64,000 bases of DNA. Origin: Candidatus Poribacteria bacterium (GTDB lineage: Bacteria; Poribacteria; WGA-4E; JAJDTR01). The DNA is taken from the NCBI GenBank assembly GCA_965222225.1, contig CBDCTK010000002.1, forward strand, positions 1,824,001-1,888,000, written 5' to 3'. The notes under the pieces were generated by a model. It did no database searches and was not told the DNA's origin. It was given only the letters and a program-made list of their open reading frames with translations. Shown in pieces: positions 59,003-64,000 of this stretch (position 1 is its first letter; each line of letters starts with the position of its first letter). Position numbers and translations under genes: made by a program.

Positions 59003-60136
59003 TTACTTGGAACTTTTGATAGCCCCCCATTGAGTGGTCAATTTGCCCCTGGCGTCAACAGCAGTAGCCACAGGCAAGCCATCCGCATCGGTAACGGTAA
59101 TGTTGTCAAGTAGACCTTCTTTCATACTCTCCAGATAGATTCCAACATTACCAGACCCATACTTAGTATCCTTGACGTCAAGAATTGGTTCTACGAGCCC
59201 CGCCGCGACTGTCTCGCGATTGACTGGGGTAGTACCATTAACATTCGGAGCGTTGTCTGGTTGTAGAGGAAAAAGGTGGGCCTGCGACGCAACTATTTCT
59301 TCAGCGTCTTCGGCATACTTGGGCCCAAACCAGACCTTAATGCTATCGCCGAAGGCTTCAACCCGCAAGTACATTACAATGGTGTGATCCATCGGAAGCT
59401 GTCCGCGCTGCCCGGGAGGGTCCCCGAAAGCGGGATCGATCGCAGTATAGCCGTGCCACGATCCGGCAATGCGCTTGCTCTGCCCGCCCCCGTCAATATC
59501 TACATAATCCCAGTCACACTCCCACGACGTCTCGGGATCGGCGATACCATCCGGACCGCCGTCTGGACCATGAACATCCGGCCCTCGTCGATAATTTAGG
59601 CACCCGCCAGGGACGCCGCAACCGTCTGCCAGATCAAGTAACTGGACAGACTGCGATTCATTCCATCCGAACGTCACCATATATCCCGTGGCCCAAGCGT
59701 CCGTGTTAACAAGGGGAAGAACCTCAGCGATGTCGAAATAAGTTAGCGCGGCAGGGGTACGTCGGAAAGTAACGCCCCAAGTGTCATCGTCGGCCCAAGA
59801 CGCCTCCAAATCGATAACACCATCGGTGAATTCTGGAGAAAACGGTAGCTCGGTATGCCCGGATACAGCACAACCTTCCGTAAGCTGTATGAGTGCCTTC
59901 TCGCCCGCTCTTCCAGCATCTGGATACTCTGCTCCGACATCCGATATGTCAAAGAATATATCTGGCATTTCGACGTTGGCATTCCAATTGTCGGGGTTAT
60001 TTACCTCTGGGCCAGGAATAGCTTTCGTCGTGGCGTCTGGTTCAAAATCCGCATACCAAATGACCTCAGCATTTGCCTGACCAATCACCGTGAACACTAG
60101 CAGCGCAGTTATGGTGAGTAGTGTTGCAGTTTTCAT
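59003..60136 (-). CDS. Secreted protein (LamG/DUF1080-like beta-sandwich) with Poribacteria-type C-terminal motif
   Basis: Signal peptide ending ANA; YGSGNVGIY...LDNITV; C-terminus AVDARGKLTTQWGAIKSSK; AAGGAG RBS. Confidence 0.8.
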   Translation of the reverse strand: MKTATLLTITALLVFTVIGQANAEVIWYADFEPDATTKAIPGPEVNNPDNWNANVEMPDIFFDISDVGAEYPDAGRAGEKALIQLTEGCAVSGHTELPFSPEFTDGVIDLEASWADDDTWGVTFRRTPAALTYFDIAEVLPLVNTDAWATGYMVTFGWNESQSVQLLDLADGCGVPGGCLNYRRGPDVHGPDGGPDGIADPETSWECDWDYVDIDGGGQSKRIAGSWHGYTAIDPAFGDPPGQRGQLPMDHTIVMYLRVEAFGDSIKVWFGPKYAEDAEEIVASQAHLFPLQPDNAPNVNGTTPVNRETVAAGLVEPILDVKDTKYGSGNVGIYLESMKEGLLDNITVTDADGLPVATAVDARGKLTTQWGAIKSSK

Positions 60137-60398
60137 GTATAGGATCTCCTTAGTTTATAGATTTATCTAATTTTCCACAATAAACGGTGCACTTTAGTTT
60201 GCGGCTCCGCAATTGTAATCTTCCCGCTTAACAGTACCTAGAAACTAAGCGAGCGGCAACGGATTACCAAACCACAAAGTACTCCATAAACACAGAAAAT
60301 TGGGTCGTTGACGCAGCACGAGACATATCGCGCTTCGGGTTGTAGGGGCATAACACGTTACCCCTATTGGCGCGGGGAAGTCCCCACAATAATCACGT

Positions 60399-60428
60399 AT
60401 TATACATATAGATCCACATAGATGTCAA
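60399..60428 (-). promoter_or_regulatory. Consensus sigma70 promoter for the secreted protein
   Basis: TTGACA-N18-TATAAT; the leader of about 260 nt contains a GTAGGGG...CCCCTAT REP hairpin. Confidence 0.7.
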
Positions 60429-60908
60429 GTCCAAAATGCAGCCTGATTCACCCCCAGTTTTTAGGATTGGAGATTTTATAACCTCTACATCTACTGCCTC
60501 ACCGAACCCTTGTATGTTGGACGCAGAGCGTCGAGTGAGGCGTTCCGACGCGGAGCATCGGAACGAGCCAGTGAGTGTGTTTTCTCGTTCCCACGCTCTG
60601 CGTCCGTCATAAAATATGAATACCGCAGCAAGCTGTAAATCTGCATCAATGGAGAGAACGTTGGGCGGGCCGGTGTTTGGTCTGTTGGGCAAGGCGACGC
60701 ACTTAAATTACGGATAGGCGGATGTTAGAGGAAATGCGTTGCGGAGATTTGGTATTGAGTCGGGAATTTATTAGTCGGTGTATGCCCCGGAGGGATTAGA
60801 CTATGTGTGGTATATAAGTATCTGTAAGCCCAAGGTTTAGCATTGCATCAACATATGTGGAATTGGACATATTGAGGTATGTGCTGTTCAATGATGGCTG
60901 AACGTAAT

Positions 60909-61742
60909 TTAGCGTAAGTGCTCCAATAGCGCAAGCGGCGTAGCTGCCAACGTGCCAGCATCAACTGGCAACACTACTCCGGAAATCCAACGAGCCTCGT
61001 CACTTGCCAGAAATACTCCAGCCCACGCCACATCCCACGCAGTGCCCTCGGTGCCTAGGGACGTCCCACGCCTACGGAGGTCGCGCGATTCTTCCGCAAT
61101 CATGCCTACAAACGACCCCCAAACATGTCCGGGGGCAATGGAATTGACCCTAATGTTGTCCCGTCCGTGATGTACCGCCATGTTCCTGGTCATAGCAATG
61201 ACACCACCCTTGGCTGCGGCATAGGGAATATTTGGTCCCCACCCCGCGCGCATACCGTCAATAGAAGAAATATTGATAATCGACCCGCTGCCACTCGCGA
61301 TCATCTGCGGGATGGCGTGTTTACAAGCCAGCATTGTACCCTTGAGATTGACCTCTACGACACGGTCCCAGGCATCTTCTTCTACATCAACAACGGTCTT
61401 TGCGCCAGCGAGACCCGCATTGTTGAATAGGATGTGCAATCCGCCGTAACGTGACACAGCAGCTTCACCCATCGCCTGACAATCCGCGTTCTTCGTTACA
61501 TCGGCGACAAATATGGACGCCTCGCCGCCTACATCCTTAATCGTGTCGAGGGTTTTCGCGGCATTGCTCTCGTCCAAATCCGCTAGCAGAACCTTGGCGC
61601 CTTGCCTAGCGAAGAGAATTGCTGTAGCTTGGCCCGTGCCAGTCACCTCGCAACGCGCTCCCGCCCCTGTCACAATCGCGACTTTTCCGGCTAACCGCGT
61701 TCCGTTCTGTTGCATTGTTCCCTTTCCCACTTCAGTAGACAT
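60909..61742 (-). CDS. SDR family oxidoreductase
   Basis: VAIVTGAG, NNAG, YAAAK motifs; GGAGG RBS before 61742 (alternative start 61715). Confidence 0.92.
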   Translation of the reverse strand: MSTEVGKGTMQQNGTRLAGKVAIVTGAGARCEVTGTGQATAILFARQGAKVLLADLDESNAAKTLDTIKDVGGEASIFVADVTKNADCQAMGEAAVSRYGGLHILFNNAGLAGAKTVVDVEEDAWDRVVEVNLKGTMLACKHAIPQMIASGSGSIINISSIDGMRAGWGPNIPYAAAKGGVIAMTRNMAVHHGRDNIRVNSIAPGHVWGSFVGMIAEESRDLRRRGTSLGTEGTAWDVAWAGVFLASDEARWISGVVLPVDAGTLAATPLALLEHLR

Positions 61743-61910
61743 CTTTCCTCCGTAGAGTATGTTTAAATATAGCAAGTCGGCGCGGCCGGTAAAAGATGCT
61801 TTCATCTGGCCCGACGCCCTGGGTTCGGACCATTGCCCAGTGGGCGTGGATATCGACCTGTAATACACGACAAAGCCCCAAACTTGCGGTTGGTAGGCCG
61901 CCTCCAACAA

Positions 61911-62645
61911 TCAGGGAATGCCGATCGTCTCAGTATGGGCGCGCAGCGCCAGGGTCTCGGTGTCACTGACCCAGCGCTCCATGCCATCGGGTTCTATCGT
62001 CTCGCGGTAGCGCTGCCAGCCTGACGCATCAGGAAAATATAATTCCGCCATGCCCGCGTAGGGCTCCTGTTCCGGGTTCAGGCTGTGGCTGACGACGTAG
62101 CGAAAACCGCCGACTTGGTGCATGACTGAGGTAACGTTCGGAACGTGGACATCGAGCCAGTGCGCAAACAGCGCATCGAAGTCGGTATTCGTCTTCGCTG
62201 CCACGAGAAACGCGATCTTGAAAAACCCTGTACGCGTTGTGGGAAAGGGCTCGTTTAATGTCAAAGCCACGACAGGTAGACGCTCGGATCCGTCCATAAC
62301 GACGTACTCCGTGGTAGCCCAGGGAATATAGGGCTCCGCCTTTTCTTGAAACGTATCCGTCGGCTCGGTGCCGTGGGACGTGGCCGGAACGGGTAAGGGC
62401 TTCTCCCACCAAAGCTGCGCAACGCCATCCCAAGGGTGCTCGCCGGCCTTGTCCGGGTCGAACAATGTCGCAATGTAGCGCGTGGCGTGCAATTTTCCGC
62501 GTGCGGCCTGCTCAGCCTGGCCGGCAATAACGATGGGCATGTGATTGGCAAACCAGTGAGCAACGAGTTCTTCTCGCGATGTCTCCGGGCGCCGTTTGAT
62601 CAAATACATCATTTTCGCACCGGGGCTCTTGAGCGGCTGCGTCAT
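61911..62645 (-). CDS. Tandem EthD-domain protein
   Basis: Two EthD-like halves (REELVAHWFANH...WDGVAQLWW; FAHWLDVH...YAGMAELYF); GGAGGGAG RBS. Confidence 0.8.
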   Translation of the reverse strand: MTQPLKSPGAKMMYLIKRRPETSREELVAHWFANHMPIVIAGQAEQAARGKLHATRYIATLFDPDKAGEHPWDGVAQLWWEKPLPVPATSHGTEPTDTFQEKAEPYIPWATTEYVVMDGSERLPVVALTLNEPFPTTRTGFFKIAFLVAAKTNTDFDALFAHWLDVHVPNVTSVMHQVGGFRYVVSHSLNPEQEPYAGMAELYFPDASGWQRYRETIEPDGMERWVSDTETLALRAHTETIGIP

Positions 62646-62666
62646 CTCTCCCTCCGTTGACTAAAG

Positions 62667-62917
62667 TCAGGCATCACGATCAAAACTCACGGACTTCACC
62701 AATGCATAAATATCACTATCCGTAGTCAAACCCAAGTCTGCGACAGCGGCTCGGGTCACGCGTGCATGCAGCACCTGTTCGCCGACCCGAATGGTCAATT
62801 CGGCGAATGGCGTGCCGGCATTGGCCTGCACGCTCGCCAGTGTTCCGGTCAGAACATTGCGGATACTCATTCTGGCCGGTCTTGCAGTCGCCACGCTGAC
62901 ATCCCTGGCGTGAGCAG
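62667..62917 (-). pseudogene. 3' fragment of a ModC-like molybdate ABC ATPase (TOBE domain)
   Basis: HARDVSVA...SIRNVL...ARVTR.A..DLGL...YALVKSV; no ATPase part upstream. Confidence 0.8.
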
Positions 62918-63140
62918 TCCGTCTGAAAGTCCTTTCGGCTGCGGGGCAGTGGGCTCAGAGCCAGGTCGGAGAAAGCGTCTTCGAAATTGTCGGGCATTTC
63001 GTTCATCAGGAGTTTGGAGACGTAGGCGGCTTTCGATGAAATGGCGGTTATCACTTTGGACCAATCGGTTTTGGGAATGGGTGTAATGCCAACCGTAGTT
63101 TGATAGAGGGGTTCTTCATACACCTCAAAGTATGGATTGA
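62912..63140 (-). pseudogene. Internal fragment of a SWIM zinc-finger protein, ending at the first Cys
   Basis: NPYF..Y.EPLY...W......LLMNEMPDNFEDAF..L.L..LP....DF.TDCS, then joins the modC fragment. Confidence 0.65.
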
Positions 63141-63217
63141 ACATTTGGTCGAGTGTTTGCAGCCATTGATTCGGCGCAATTCGAGGGTTGTTTCACTGTC
63201 CTCCCTCGGAGCCGTCC

Positions 63218-64000
63218 TCAAAGAGATAGGTCCCGCAAGGCGTAGTTTGCTAGGATGCTTTCCCTCATCTCCTCGCTCCACCGATTGGCATTCTCTTGTC
63301 CAACCAAGGGCTGGTATGCGTAGCGTGGCTCATTGAGGAAGCGTTGTTGCCGAGCATCGATGGCCAAGGCGATCAAACGGGACCTTTCAAAGATGCGCTC
63401 CTCGTCGTAGACGACCTCTTGGTTATCGTACTGCTTTCGGCGAACACCCAGTACGGAAGAGCGGCGGTGGAATCCAAAGTTGAAACTCACCCGCTTGTAC
63501 GGAGAGGAGTTTGGAAAAGAGGCGTGCAAGACTTGGCGATTGGTCATGACCACATCGCCAGGCTTGCACACCATCGGTACTGCCTCGGGCAAACGATCGG
63601 AGCCGCCGTTGGCTGCGATCATCCCCTTGATGTCCAGTTTGCCCTGTTTGTGAGATCCGGGAATCACCCAAACCCCGTTGGTCGCAGTGCTACCGTAATA
63701 CTGGAACATAAAATTAAACCCGTGTGTGTCCTCGTCCCAGTCAGGCTTGTCCCAGTGTGTGGTCCCATCCTGGTGCCAGGCGACAGATGGCCCCAACGCC
63801 TGTGGCTTGACAACTATGAACTCTTGGAACGGGGTGAAATCGGGTCCGTTGATCTGTTCTGCGATGGACAACAACTGCGGATGACCGTAGAGCCTTAAGC
63901 AGGAATCCATGATCTCTAGCGGGCGAGCGATCCCGCTAATCACAAATTCCGGGGCGTCGGTGGGAGGCTCTAGTTCAGTCATCTTGGCCGGGTGGCGACC
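63218..64000 (-). CDS. Phytanoyl-CoA dioxygenase family protein (5' end outside window)
   Basis: AWHQD, NGVWVIPGSHK, PGDV...VLHASFPN.S..R motifs. Confidence 0.9.
   Translation of the reverse strand, partial: GRHPAKMTELEPPTDAPEFVISGIARPLEIMDSCLRLYGHPQLLSIAEQINGPDFTPFQEFIVVKPQALGPSVAWHQDGTTHWDKPDWDEDTHGFNFMFQYYGSTATNGVWVIPGSHKQGKLDIKGMIAANGGSDRLPEAVPMVCKPGDVVMTNRQVLHASFPNSSPYKRVSFNFGFHRRSSVLGVRRKQYDNQEVVYDEERIFERSRLIALAIDARQQRFLNEPRYAYQPLVGQENANRWSEEMRESILANYALRDLSL

Overview
Bacterial chromosomal window of about 50% GC. The source is most likely Candidatus Poribacteria, inferred from the C-terminal AVDARGKLTTQWGAIK-type motif, a WD40 protein with an NYPNPF C-terminal domain, many SDR/phytanoyl-dioxygenase genes and GGAAGA/CTGGAAG intergenic repeats. 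It carries housekeeping genes (hisD, murA, der, era, nfo, adk, fdhD, cinA, trmJ-like, tRNA-Thr and tRNA-Phe), a 2139-aa SprA-like T9SS translocon, a BlaI/M56/GspC-like/ECF module, dead IS elements (ISAs1, IS701-like, IS982), MITEs and several frameshifted or nonsense pseudogenes. Two things stand out. (1) A 1093-aa single-chain, collinear but miniaturised RpoB-RpoC fusion (18654-21935) directly behind an ECF sigma gene. It keeps the DFDGD catalytic triad and the sigma-binding clamp helices but has lost the flap, beta' zinc finger and trigger loop. (2) A hypervariable 38-nt micro-element (consensus about GGAATCTCTATCGCACTCGCTATTCGCTCGCTTGATCC) found at 8 loci, about 20 whole or partial units. 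It sits only in non-coding DNA or dead IS DNA, mostly within REP hairpins or IS-end repeats, and appears to insert recursively into itself. All homology calls are from motif recognition by eye; no searches were run.
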